DNA of 64,000 bases from Acidobacteriota bacterium. GTDB lineage: Bacteria > Acidobacteriota > Thermoanaerobaculia > Gp7-AA8. The notes under the pieces are model-generated. The model was not told the origin of the DNA. It searched no databases and saw nothing but the letters and a program-made list of their open reading frames with translations. Below, in pieces: positions 30,169 through 40,594 of this stretch. Made by a program: the position numbers and the translations under genes. The stretch covers positions 160,001 through 224,000 of the forward strand of contig JAFATB010000006.1 of assembly GCA_019244185.1 (NCBI GenBank), in the 5' to 3' direction. Positions within the stretch are counted from its first letter, which is position 1; every line of letters begins with the position of its first letter.

Positions 30169-30198
30169 GTCGCGCTAGGTATATATACCTAGCGCGAC
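30169..30198. promoter_or_regulatory. perfect 30-bp palindrome, probable operator 1
   Basis: GTCGCGCTAGGTATATATACCTAGCGCGAC. Confidence 0.8.
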
Positions 30199-30272
30199 AG
30201 GCAATCCGCTCCTCGCTCCGCCGCTCATGAGTTCATCATTCCTCGGCGACTGCTGAGCCCCATGCAGGTCTG

Positions 30273-30302
30273 GTGCTCCTAGGTATATATACCTAGGAGC
30301 AC
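30273..30302. promoter_or_regulatory. perfect 30-bp palindrome, probable operator 2
   Basis: GTGCTCCTAGGTATATATACCTAGGAGCAC; shares an 18-bp core with operator 1. Confidence 0.8.
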
Positions 30303-30532
30303 ACCCATCTTCCACATCATCTCTCACCAGTGTACGACGCTGCCTTCGCCTGTCCGAGAACTGTCCGAATCACCCGCGCGAACGTGCGCCGTTCGCGCTG
30401 GCCGACTGTCCGAGTTCTGTGCGAGAACCCATCCCGACCCACCCCTAAGCTGCCCGAACCCTAAACTACGCAACATGCTGAGATCGTTGGTGTTAGGTGA
30501 AATCAGCCGGTATGGGAAGGCGGCTTGAACGC

Positions 30533-30578
<46 letters not shown>

Positions 30579-30595
30579 ATTGAATACAAAGAACT

Positions 30596-30621
30596 TAGCC
30601 CGCCGAAAGGCGGGCTATTTT
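30596..30621 (+). terminator. Rho-independent terminator
   Basis: TAGCCCGCC-GAAA-GGCGGGCTA-TTTT. Confidence 0.8.
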
Positions 30622-30754
30622 GTTGCTGAAAAGGGCGGTTTGCCAACGTTTTGCCACCGAGTTTTTTCGGGCTCTGAAGGGCACAGTTATTCTTGCCACC
30701 GGATCGCGCGTTTCGGTGGCAAGGTTGAACGCGGCAGTGCGGTCACGCAGTTGG

Positions 30755-33700
30755 TCAGCGGCTGAACTGTTTCAGCGCGTCTTCATCGCGCTCATTGATC
30801 TTCTTCAGCTGCGCAGCCGTCTTGCGTTCCGCGTAGGCGATCATCGCGCGCGGCTGATCCGTCAAGGCACGTCCTAGCCAGAGCGGATCGCCGCGACGGG
30901 TGAGAAGAAGCGGGGCGCCAGAGTTGATGAGCACCTCCAAAAGCGCCCAAGCCTCTGTACCGCGCGAGGTCGCGAGGTCGTCGAGCAACTGCTTCACGCG
31001 TCGATGATGGACCTGGAACCAAACGGCTGACTGCGCGAACCTCCGGACCATCGGATCCACATCTTCAATCGAAAGCCTCGCGACCATCTCCGAAGCGAAG
31101 TCGTCGAACCACCCGGCGACCTGCGCTCCGGCTGCTCGAACAAACGCGTCGTCGCCCATGAGCATTTTTCCGATGCGCGTGGTGACCTTCGGTTCCTGCT
31201 GGAGCCTACGTAGCGCACGACAGATGTACGGGCGAATCAACGAACTGCGCTCGTGCGGCAAATGTCCCAAAAGCACTTCCGCTCCACGCAGCGCGTCGAT
31301 ATCGATCAGCAAGTCTGGATACGGCGTCCGATCGCCGGTGCTCGACAGAGCAGCGTAAGCCATCTCGAACGCCACCGTCGGCTGCCGATGAATCAGTCCA
31401 CGGATTGCGCCGCAGCGGCCATCGGAGCGTGGGTTTGCTGCGTCGACGAGCAGCACGTCCGTCGCCTCCTCGTTGTCGAGATAGCCGATGGCGTCGTAGA
31501 ACGCGGCCGTCGAACGCCAGAAGTAGCGGTGCTCGCGTTGTGCGAATCGCCACACCACCTCGGCCAGCCGAGTGCGGCCCGACTTGATCACCATCCGCGC
31601 TACAATCCACGCCAGATCGTCGGAGATCCGGAGTGGATCGAGCGCGAGAAGCAACTGCTCGAGCTCATCGAGTGCTTCATCCGTTCCGATCGCGCGCAGA
31701 GCATACGCTACGGACACCGCCTCACGAAGGAAATCGAGCCGGCGGATCGTTGCTACGGGGGTGCTTTCGTCAGTGAGCATCCGGACTGCTGTCAGCACGG
31801 CGCCTTCATCCTCGTAGGGAATACTGCTCAGTGCGAGATCGACGAGCATTTCCACCAGATCCGAGCGTCCGGATACAGCCAGGATTTGGCTCACGCGCGA
31901 ACGCGCTTCAGGATCCTTCAACGCTGCGACCATCGGAGCGATCTCGTCATCTGTCGCCGGAGGTAAATCGACGAGAAGTTCCGCGAGCTCGTCATCGACC
32001 CACAATCGCGAGTCTTCGAACAGCAGTGACCGCACCCGCGAGCGCTCGCCCATCGCCGCGAGCGCACGCAGCGCAGCCATCCGACGCGTCGTGTGCTCGT
32101 CGTCATCTTCACCGGCGCGAGCAATCGCAGCCAATCGTTCGACGGCATCGGACGAAGGCGTGGTAACCATGCTACGGATCTCCGTGCCGCACCACGATTG
32201 GCAGGCGTCGAGTTGATGCAGGAGAAACCGTTCCAGTTCGGCCCCGCCGATGCTCAGAAGCAGCCGGTGCACCTGCCGCACGAAGTGCCGGTCGAGCGTG
32301 TTCGAGCCATGCGGCGTAAACATCACGGCCACCTCGTGCAGCTTCCGCGGCAGCGCTGCGTCTCGCTGCTCGCGCAGTATGCGCAGGCCGTCCCTTGAAT
32401 CGATGGATGCAAGAAGTTCGATCAAGTGCTCCAGATCCGGCGGTGGACGGTCCGGGCGGTCACTGCTCAGCGTACTGTCGATCATTGCCTCCAGACGCTC
32501 GAGCGCGGCATCGATCGTCTGTTCATCGATCTCACGCTCGCCGCCGAAAGCCCCGTGAAGTGCAGCGCAGCTGTATTGGCCCGACTGAAACTTGTCGCGG
32601 ATCGCGGTTCGAGTCCGGTCTGGAATGGTCAGGAGAAGCGGCGACAACCACCAGTCCTCGTAAAAGGACATGCGCTCGACTTCAGACCGTTCGAAGATTC
32701 CGATTGCCACCTCCGGCTTAAGGCGGCATAGGGCGGCGAATGCTTCCTGAGTCACCCAATCGGCTTCGCTGTGAGTCCACTGAATGAGGTAGTCAACCGC
32801 ATCCGAATCGCGATAACGATCAATACAGTCGATTGCCCCGCGGAACCCGTCGTTTCGGAATGCATCGAGAAAGATCGGTTTCAAATCGAACCAGAGTCGT
32901 CGTCCGTCCTCATTCGCCAGGACGGCAACGAGCCACCCAAGGGTCCTCAGCTCTTCACGATCCGTCTTTGCGGTGGTCGCCGTACGGATCCATTCAGGAT
33001 CGACGCGGCAGCATGCTACGAGCGCGTGCTGCGCAAGCTGCTCTCGGTGATAACCCTCTCCGTCTTTCCCAGCGAGCTTACGCTCCCGATACAGCCGCCA
33101 AATGACGTTGAGAAGACCACCGGACGGTTGCAGTCGCGCAAGTTCAAGGCCGGCGTCCTGCACCTCGGCATTCGCGTCCTGCAGCAACGTCAGAACAAAC
33201 GCGGGACCGACTGCAAACCGAGCCGCGACCTCCTTCATGCACAGCCGAGCCTCACGCACGCGATGCCATGGCGCTTCAGGAACGCGCATGCGACTCAGAA
33301 GCGCTGGTAGCAATCCGGGCCCGATCGTGGGGAGCAGCTCTTCATATAGTTTCTGACTGGGAGCATCTTCGAGTGCCTGAAGAACCTCGACGATCTCCTC
33401 AACCGAGCGGCGGTACTGGACCAGCAACCAGACCACGTCCATCGCCACGTATCCAAGATGCCGCTCCCCTTTCTGCCGAGTCCGTCCAAACAGGTCTGCC
33501 ACCACCTCCGCTACCTTCGTTGAACTCCATTTGCCGCGTTCAAGTTGCGCAAGAACGGCACGTGCGACAGCCCAGTTCAGAAATCGATCGTGCGCGAACT
33601 CCACGCCACCGTCGACGTGAACACGCAGCCACCCGAGGCGCTGCAGCCGTAACTGCATCTCGGACGGGATGTGCAGGCCAAGCAGCACGTCTGCAGGCCA

Positions 33701-34915
33701 CGGATACGACTCCGGGCTGTCCAGAAATGCGTTTGCCAAGGTGACGAGTACGCCGACATCCTGCGGATGCTGCGCCTGTCCTTTGGCGGTAGAGACCTGA
33801 CGCCAGAATCGATCGTACAGCTCATATTCATTCGTCGGCTGCCAATTCGCGTCCTCCGACAGCCTGCAATACAAATCGGCCAGAATGGCGCGGCGCAGAA
33901 GTTCGAGGACGTCCTGTGGCACCCCGGCCATGCTCCGACCACGCAGCTGCAACAGCTGCGCAATTCGGACAGGCGCATCTCGCCTACCGCTTGAAGAACT
34001 ACGCGCTCCCGGACCTCGGCGTCCTCGCGGATGCGCTGGGCTGCGTTCTCGTCAGCGGTGAAGGCAACGCGAACGCCCCACTCCCTCCACGGCAGCGCGA
34101 TCAGCGCGAGCGCTTCGTCCACAGATGCCGTCAGGTCGAAGCAGACGGTCAACCAAGGCATCTCGGAGGCGATCGCCGCCTTCGCCCGCCTAACGAGCGA
34201 TTCCCAGTCGAGCGGACGATCGTGGCCTACAATGCGCTTCCAGACTTCGTCGGAGGCACGTTGCAGCGCATCCTCAATCCCCTGCCGAGTTGCAACGAAG
34301 ACGACATTCCCCGCTGCCGCGTTCTCGATGGCGACTTGCGCGAGAAGCGTTGTCTTTCCCATACCGCTTCCACCGGCGAGACAAAGAACCGTCTCGGCCG
34401 ACGGCCAGCTCACGACGCGGCGAACCGTGACCGTCACGTCGTACCGGATTTCTCCCAATCGCCGGTTCAGTTGCGCCAGCGTGGTTTCTCGGAGACCCGG
34501 GAAGCGAGCGAGCGAGATCGTCGGCAGATCCAAGCGGCGCAACAATGTCTCGAGCGTGAAGCGACGCTCCCCGCGGCTCCCGAATTGAAGCAGTAGCCCG
34601 TACAGCTCGCGGGCAACATGCGGAACATCTTCGGCGTGATCGACGTACCCGAGCAGTAACGAGCTCACTCGATCATGCGCATCGTCCGCAGACTGCCGTC
34701 GGATCTCAAACCGGGACAGAAGCGCCCACGTGCGTCGGTATGCGACGTTGTCCGGGGGATCCTCCGATTTCGAAAGACGCGCCGCCACATCGCGGAAGAA
34801 GGTCTCGTACGTGTCATCGACAAAGATGGAATCGGCTACCTCTACGATCCGGCGCGTTTCGCGGAGATCCTCGATGACGGCACGGTCGGCCTGAGACTCG
34901 CGGGAGGATGTCAAA
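30755..34915 (-). pseudogene. large STAND/NACHT-like NTPase with HEAT-like repeats; 5'-truncated and frameshifted near 33955
   Basis: LAGGSGMGKTT, FAHDRF; two overlapping ORFs join at MRLSELR/LLQLRGR; 5' boundary approximate. Confidence 0.7.
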
Positions 34916-34984
34916 GCACGCCTCCGCGAACAGTTTGTCGATGCCGACGAGCACCTGCCCGAGCAACCGCCGCGCGAGTGGCAC

Positions 34985-35185
34985 ATGACGACCTCGGGCA
35001 AATTCATCTTCCCTGACTACGAGCCGGTCGATGTCGTCGGGCGAGCGCTGTACTGGCAGGACATTGCGCAGCAACTCGCGCGTCAGCTGCGCCGGCTCGG
35101 TAAGGCAATCAACGCGACGAGTGCCGAGCAACCCGACACCATCGTCGAGCGCGCAATCGTTCGACTTCGAGGTACGTCCGAATGA
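34985..35185 (+). CDS. small phage-like hypothetical protein
   Basis: ATGA-coupled to the next gene. Confidence 0.45.
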   Translation: MTTSGKFIFPDYEPVDVVGRALYWQDIAQQLARQLRRLGKAINATSAEQPDTIVERAIVRLRGTSE

Positions 35186-35616
35186 ACAGGAAGGAAGTAG
35201 AAGTGCAGGCGCAGGAACGACGCTACAAGAGCATCACGAGGGTTGACTCATCCCGTGTGCACGGATGGTTCGTCCGCGTCGTGCACAACGGAGACACGCA
35301 TCCCAAACTCTTCAGCGACGGCAAGCACGGTGGCCGCGCTGCTGCATTGGCGGCAGCCGTTCGCTGGAGGAACAAGACTGAGCGCGCCATCGGCAAACCG
35401 CGTACCGAACGGATCGTCGTGGCGCGTAAGGCGGGTGCCGGAGTTCGTCGCAAGATCAAAGACGGCAGGCCAGTGTACGAAGTCACCTGGAGTCCGCGGC
35501 CGAAGAAAGTCAGCCGCACCACGTTTTCGATCGCGCTTTACGGCGAACGCGGCGCGCGCGATCTCGCGCACGCTCTGCGTGCCGAAATGGAGCGCCGCTA
35601 CTACGGATATCGATAG
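35182..35616 (+). CDS. AP2-domain DNA-binding protein (two AP2-like units)
   Basis: GWFVRV...KLFSDGKHGG..AALAAAVRWR; second unit TFSIALYGERGARDLA. Confidence 0.7.
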   Translation: MNRKEVEVQAQERRYKSITRVDSSRVHGWFVRVVHNGDTHPKLFSDGKHGGRAAALAAAVRWRNKTERAIGKPRTERIVVARKAGAGVRRKIKDGRPVYEVTWSPRPKKVSRTTFSIALYGERGARDLAHALRAEMERRYYGYR

Positions 35617-35618
35617 AG

Positions 35619-35924
35619 ATGAACGATACGAACTTCCTGGATCTCGTCGAGAGCATTCGCCAAGCGGGAAAGATTCATCGCGCGATGCGCCGTCATCACA
35701 AGACCCGCAGCATCGCGGCGGCACGTCGTCTGGCCGAGCGGTGGAGCCGGCCGATCGATCGATGGCCGAATGAACGCGTGCGCAAGGCATGGGTTGAACG
35801 CACGGCGCGCCTCCTCGCCGATACACCGCACCAGTGCTCATCCACCATTCATGGCTGCGGACACAAACGCCAGCTTCTCGGCAGGACGATTCAGGAACGA
35901 AGAGCTGATGAGCGGGACGATTGA
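35619..35924 (+). CDS. phage-like hypothetical protein
   Basis: Tightly packed ORF; CS..CG motif. Confidence 0.5.
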   Translation: MNDTNFLDLVESIRQAGKIHRAMRRHHKTRSIAAARRLAERWSRPIDRWPNERVRKAWVERTARLLADTPHQCSSTIHGCGHKRQLLGRTIQERRADERDD

Positions 35925-36435
35925 GAAGGCGCGAGCGGTCCTCGCGCAACTGGAACAGACCACCGACGTTCCACGCGACGAGACTGCAGCTGCCTTGCGC
36001 GAGCTCATCGCGCTTGCCGAGGGTGTCTTCGAAGACCTCGACGACTGCAACACCAGAATCGCTCGTGCGGCGAAGGCAATCGGCGCGACGGGTTGTCCGG
36101 TGGATCAGCTGAACGCCGTGGTGCGCTACACCGAGCGCGTGGCACCGCACTTTCGCTACATCGCGGCTTCCGGTGAGCTGATTCACCGGCAGCGTGACGA
36201 GAACGGACTTCTGTCAAGCGAGTTTGTCGGGCCTATCGAGATCCGCCGTAATCGCGACGGTTCGCTGGATGAAGTCGTCGCGCAGAACGTGTTCGTCCAC
36301 CTGGAGCAGATGGCCGACAACTCGTGCTGGATGGGCGTCAGCACGTCCGACAACGCACATCTCATCCACGTCAACTTCTACTCGGATCGAGCAATCGAAG
36401 CGGAAGCTGAGGATCAGCATGCGGAGGAAGAGTGA
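35908..36435 (+). CDS. phage-like hypothetical protein
   Basis: ATG 35908; LDEVVA..VHLEQM....WMG motif. Confidence 0.55.
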   Translation: MSGTIEKARAVLAQLEQTTDVPRDETAAALRELIALAEGVFEDLDDCNTRIARAAKAIGATGCPVDQLNAVVRYTERVAPHFRYIAASGELIHRQRDENGLLSSEFVGPIEIRRNRDGSLDEVVAQNVFVHLEQMADNSCWMGVSTSDNAHLIHVNFYSDRAIEAEAEDQHAEEE

Positions 36436-36443
36436 TTGCCTTT

Positions 36444-37399
36444 TTACTTCTTCTTCGGAATCGTGCAGTCGAGAACAACCGGCGTGATGAAGAAGCCCTG
36501 CGGCCGGAAGTCCTCGGCCTGACGGGAGAGATGCGCCTCCATCTCCTCACGCGACCAGGAGTGGCACTGCTTCTTTCGTCCGTCCCCATCCGTCCAAGCT
36601 GAGGCACCGAACCAGGCCACGAGATAGATTCCGAATGGCGACGTCGAACTGCGCAGGTATTTCTCAACGAGCTGCGTTTCCATCGCGGTCGGCAAGTCGG
36701 TGTTCCAGCACCCCTTGACCTCGATCGTAACCACCAGCTTCGGATCGAGGTCGCGTCGCACGCCGCGCCCCACGGCTTCGATCTTGATGTCGGTGAAGAA
36801 ACGGTCGAAGACCTCCACTTCCTTGTTGGTGACCAAGTGCGGAAGCGCCAAATCGTCGTTCAGGAACCTGCGAATCCAGTCTCGAACTGCTCCCTCGTCC
36901 TTGGGTTGATCGTCATCCCACAGATACTTGGCCGTCGGGTCCTCGCTGTGTAGCTGCGCCTGCAGCCGCTGAAGCGACTCGATCACGACCTCCACGAGTC
37001 GCTCCGCATTCTGCACAACGCGGTTTCTTCGATCTGTCGCCAGCGCGAACAGCTCTTCCGGAGCGGGCGGAGTCCACGAATGCGTCTGTCGTTCCTCCTC
37101 CGCCATCATGATGAACTGGTCGTGAATGCGGTTCGGAAACGCGGCTTGGATGCGCCGCAGTTCGTCGACCCTTCCACGCTTGCGGAGAACGTTCAGCACC
37201 TCACTGATCGCGAGGCCGACCTGAGACTCCAGGCCCAGCTCCTCCTGCGCGCGACGCGTGTACAACCAGATCACGAGGTCAGCGATCTCGGAGTCTTTCA
37301 GCCTCGCGATGAATTCGCTGATTTGATCGGGGCCGAGGAGCGATTCGATGAGCTCCTGGCCGGTGTCACCGGCGATACGAACAAACGGCCACACCGACG
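36444..37399 (-). pseudogene. 3' remnant of a large protein with C-terminal REase-like domain, truncated by the IS
   Basis: E..TDI...IEVKGCWN...QLVEKYL...GIYLVAWF; reading frame runs into the IS left IR. Confidence 0.7.
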
Positions 37400-37466
37400 G
37401 GTGGTGGTTTACTTTGAACCTTTACTTGTAACAGGCCACGCGCCAGTTACAACCTACATTGAAACG

Positions 37467-37607
37467 TGGGTGGTGCCACCGTGGGAGTAACCCAGACATG
37501 CAGATGGGAACGTGGAGGTTTGGCTTCACCTGCGCTCGGCTCAAGACCGAGCCGCACCAGACCCCACCACACAACCCGTCCGCTCTTGCAATCGGTGGCA
37601 CCGCCCA
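37467..37607 (+). ncRNA. candidate structured RNA, unit A
   Basis: 15-bp closing stem (one U-G), 5' mini-hairpin, long nested stem; no convincing ORF. Confidence 0.55.
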
Positions 37608-37630
37608 ACCTTGAGACCTACATTGGAGAT

Positions 37631-37760
37631 GGGGAGCGTGCGCATGAGTTAACCAGACTCAGACACTGAGCGGAGCGAGAGGTTGGGCACGCACCGGATT
37701 CCAGACCCGGCAGCACCCAGCGCTCGCATTACCCGTGTTTTGGCAATGCGCACGTTCCCC
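37631..37760 (+). ncRNA. candidate structured RNA, unit B
   Basis: 15-bp closing stem (one G-U); same architecture and same ACCTACATTG leader as unit A. Confidence 0.55.
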
Positions 37761-37773
37761 GACCTCAACCTGT

Positions 37774-37947
37774 TTACTTTCTGGATGGGTCCGGTTTGGT
37801 ACGTCGCTTGCTCTTTGGGAGGGCAGCGCGTTGACGTAGCACATCCCGGTCGGACACCGGTTTCGGACCAGTTTCGGTGTGTTCGATTACTACATCCAGA
37901 ACAGCGCGTGCTGCCTTGATCGGATCACCCCGTGATTTCGACTTCAT
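37774..37947 (-). CDS. small basic passenger protein
   Basis: GAGG RBS, ATG 37947. Confidence 0.45.
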   Translation of the reverse strand: MKSKSRGDPIKAARAVLDVVIEHTETGPKPVSDRDVLRQRAALPKSKRRTKPDPSRK

Positions 37948-38248
37948 TGGTTCCTCGCTCACAGTCTGTAATTCTGTCTTCGAGCACGCTCAACCAGTCT
38001 TCCAAATCGTTCAACCTTGCTCCCAGACTGCTAAGCCGGGCTTCCAAACGGTACTGTTCTTGTTGTTTGTCCGCTGACTGGATCGATGCATGTTCTACCC
38101 ATAACCAAGCAAGCCACAACATCACGCCGGTTGTCAGCATGAACAGCGAGGCCAGCTTGCCTAGATAGATCAACTGCCTGCGACTGGCAGCAAACACCAC
38201 AACCGCCACCACACCGCACAGCACGTACACCCACCAGCGCGCCCTCAT
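37925..38248 (-). CDS. 2-TM membrane protein with coiled-coil tail
   Basis: ATGA overlap with the lipoprotein gene. Confidence 0.6.
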   Translation of the reverse strand: MRARWWVYVLCGVVAVVVFAASRRQLIYLGKLASLFMLTTGVMLWLAWLWVEHASIQSADKQQEQYRLEARLSSLGARLNDLEDWLSVLEDRITDCERGTNEVEITG

Positions 38249-38547
38249 GGCGTCGCCGCCACACACCTGAACTGCACCTCCGCCTTTGGATAGTTGCCGA
38301 ACATGTACGGTGAATGACCGGTGAGAGTGTTCACCACCTGTAACATCTTCCCGTGTTCCGCGCAGAACCGACTCGCTTGCAAGGTGATGTCGGCAGTAAT
38401 CGAGTCTGAACCGATAAACCCTGTGGCTCCACGCTTATAAATCCTGTACATGTCCGTGCCGGGCAGCGCAACCACGCCCGTGGTTGAGCCGCATCCCGCG
38501 AGCATCAGCACGGCCTTTGCCACCATACGACGAAAGTGACGGTTCAT
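38245..38547 (-). CDS. small lipoprotein
   Basis: GGAGG RBS; LAGC lipobox; A..FC...GK and FRC motifs. Confidence 0.75.
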   Translation of the reverse strand: MNRHFRRMVAKAVLMLAGCGSTTGVVALPGTDMYRIYKRGATGFIGSDSITADITLQASRFCAEHGKMLQVVNTLTGHSPYMFGNYPKAEVQFRCVAATP

Positions 38548-38636
38548 GCGGTTTGCCTCCATTCGCTCTGATACCCATAGAATGGATACCGAAAGCATGG
38601 AAAGCAAGCGCTTAACACGAACAACACTTTCGCCGA

Positions 38637-38882
38637 ATGGCGGCGCGGAGCCCAGCGGTACAGTTAGTTGGAGCACGATTGAGGGAGTTGCGGAAGTCTC
38701 GCGGACTCTCACAGGAACAACTCGGCCATCTATGCGGACTCGACCGTAACTACGTCGGTCAAATCGAGCGAGGCAACCGCAACCCTTGTTTGGACAACAT
38801 CGTGAAACTGGCAAAGGCGCTCGGCGTAACACCCGCAGACCTGTTCAGCCGGTTCGACCTCGACACGATGAGGGATGTATAA
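38637..38882 (+). CDS. XRE-family HTH regulator (C-protein-like)
   Basis: GLSQEQLGHLCGLDRNYVGQIERGNRNP. Confidence 0.9.
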   Translation: MAARSPAVQLVGARLRELRKSRGLSQEQLGHLCGLDRNYVGQIERGNRNPCLDNIVKLAKALGVTPADLFSRFDLDTMRDV

Positions 38883-39008
38883 GGGGAATGGGGGTAACTG
38901 GGGCGCGTCCGAACCGCGCTGATGGGAACCGAAGTAGGCGTCAGTTTGTGGAACTGACCAGCCACGCCTCTCAGTACCTGTGACACCAGTTGCCCCCATT
39001 CCCCTTAT
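38879..39008 (+). ncRNA. candidate structured RNA, unit C
   Basis: 23-bp closing stem (one U-G) around 84 nt with internal hairpins. Confidence 0.55.
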
Positions 39009-39152
39009 CGTTTGAATCCCACCTCGGCGCGTGTATGCCCACGGCAACAGCGCCATCAACCACTACATTCCTGTGGAATACCACCGATCCGGCCATCCGA
39101 CCGGTGTCAAGTCTGGCGTATCCACGTTACGACTCACATTGTAGGTAAGCAT

Positions 39153-39963
39153 ATGAGGAGACTGCCTAAATCCACCCGCACCAGAATTCTTGCTGCTCTC
39201 GTCGAAGGTAATTCCATTGCATCCACCTGCCGACTGGTGGGTGTGGCCAAGCTCACCGTACTGCGGCTACTGGAGGAAGTCGGTGAAGCGTGTACGGCAT
39301 TCAGCGACCGGTTCATTACCGGCATTGAATCGCCGCACGTACAGGTGGACGAGATGTGGGGGTTCTGTCAGCAGAAACAGAAGAACGTATCCCCGGAGAA
39401 TGCGGGCGTTCTGGGGTATGGCAACGTCTGGACCTACATCGCAATAGACTCACGGTCCAAACTGGTAATCACGTGGCGTGTGCGGGCATCGTAACGAGCA
39501 GACCACACGTGACTTCCTGCATGACTTGGCGTCCCGGCTGACTGGACCCGTTACGCTCTCTACTGACGGGTTCATGGGATACGTCAATGCGATACCGGAA
39601 GCGTTTGACGGAACGCTGAACTACGGGGCTGTGGAGAAACTGTACGAGCGTAACCGGTACGTCGGTGCGAACTACACGAACCGAGTGGGAAACCCGTCGA
39701 AGATATCCACGTCCCTCATCGAGCGCCAGAACCTCACGGTGAGAATGTCAAACCGGCGCATGACGCGCAAGACGAACGGTTTCTCGAAGAAACTGTCCAA
39801 CCACATCTACCAGCTGGCAATCAACTTCGTCTACTACAACTTCGTCCGCACTCACGCCACCATCAAGACGACACCAGCGCTTGCAGCCGGGATCATCGAC
39901 TACCAGTTGTCGCTTGCCGATATGACCGAGTTGGCAATCTGGAGCGATGTGCAGGCGGCGTAA
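39153..39963 (+). pseudogene. IS1-family transposase (HTH plus DDE), frameshifted near 39480
   Basis: VQVDEMW, WTYIAID, TDG, IERQNLTVR, RKTNGFSKK split over two frames. Confidence 0.85.
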
Positions 39964-40003
39964 ACAGGCACAATTACGCAGGCTGTCCCAATGGTCGGTA
40001 CCG

Positions 40004-40076
40004 TTGCGGGATTTACACTCCCGGTAGGCTCGCTGCCGTTGCCAGCGATGGGGTTCAACTCCCACAGCCTCCGCAA
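40004..40076 (+). ncRNA. tRNA-like (T-arm-containing) structure
   Basis: GGG-TTCAACT-CCC arm, 5-bp/7-nt arm, AGGCT/AGCCT and TTGCGG/CCGCAA pairings. Confidence 0.4.
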
Positions 40077-40084
40077 ACCCAGTC

Positions 40085-40231
40085 TAACAGGTGGGGTGAG
40101 TGGAACCATCCAAACTCGCGGTGACGACTACTGCTTGCGGGACGACTTTCCGAACGTCGGCGGCAGTTGTACGTCTGTGACACTTTGGCGAACGGATTTG
40201 GTTTGGATGGTTCCACTCACCCCACCTGTTA
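40085..40231. ncRNA. candidate structured RNA, unit D (perfect 31-bp inverted repeat, 85-nt interior)
   Basis: TAACAGGTGGGGTGAGTGGAACCATCCAAAC at 40085-40115 and its exact reverse complement at 40201-40231. Confidence 0.55.
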
Positions 40232-40267
40232 TGTGCAGACTGCGTTATTTGCTATACTCTCAACCCC

Positions 40268-40594
40268 ATGACGGTCGAAGAGATACGCGTACAGAAAGCA
40301 CTGGCGATGTTGGAAGTGGAAGAGGCCGAGACCGCCCACGCTGCTGCCAGTGAGCACGCCCACGAGTTGCAAGTGGCAACTAGTGAGGCGATCAGTACTG
40401 CCCTCGATATTGCCCGTCGTTTGCCTGTGCAGGTGGATCGACTGCGCGAGACGTTGGCAGGGATTGATCTGGACGGGCTGTCAGAGGCACAGACGCAGGC
40501 CGAACGGTTTCTTGGTGCCGCTGCGGCCGCCCGAGTGAAACTGCGCGAGTTTCAACTACCCGGACGACCTGTTACAAGTGGATGGGGAAAGTAA
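40268..40594 (+). CDS. helical passenger protein; stop lies within the right IR
   Basis: TATACT -10-like element just upstream; A/E-rich helical ORF. Confidence 0.55.
   Translation: MTVEEIRVQKALAMLEVEEAETAHAAASEHAHELQVATSEAISTALDIARRLPVQVDRLRETLAGIDLDGLSEAQTQAERFLGAAAAARVKLREFQLPGRPVTSGWGK

Noticed and set aside
39470-39495. Programmed InsA/InsB frameshift
   Set aside because: The break lies inside the DDE domain with no A6C slippery site; more likely a 1-bp insertion or sequencing error
37452-40231. Retron msr-msd or DGR explanation for the long inverted repeats
   Set aside because: No reverse transcriptase is recognisable in the window
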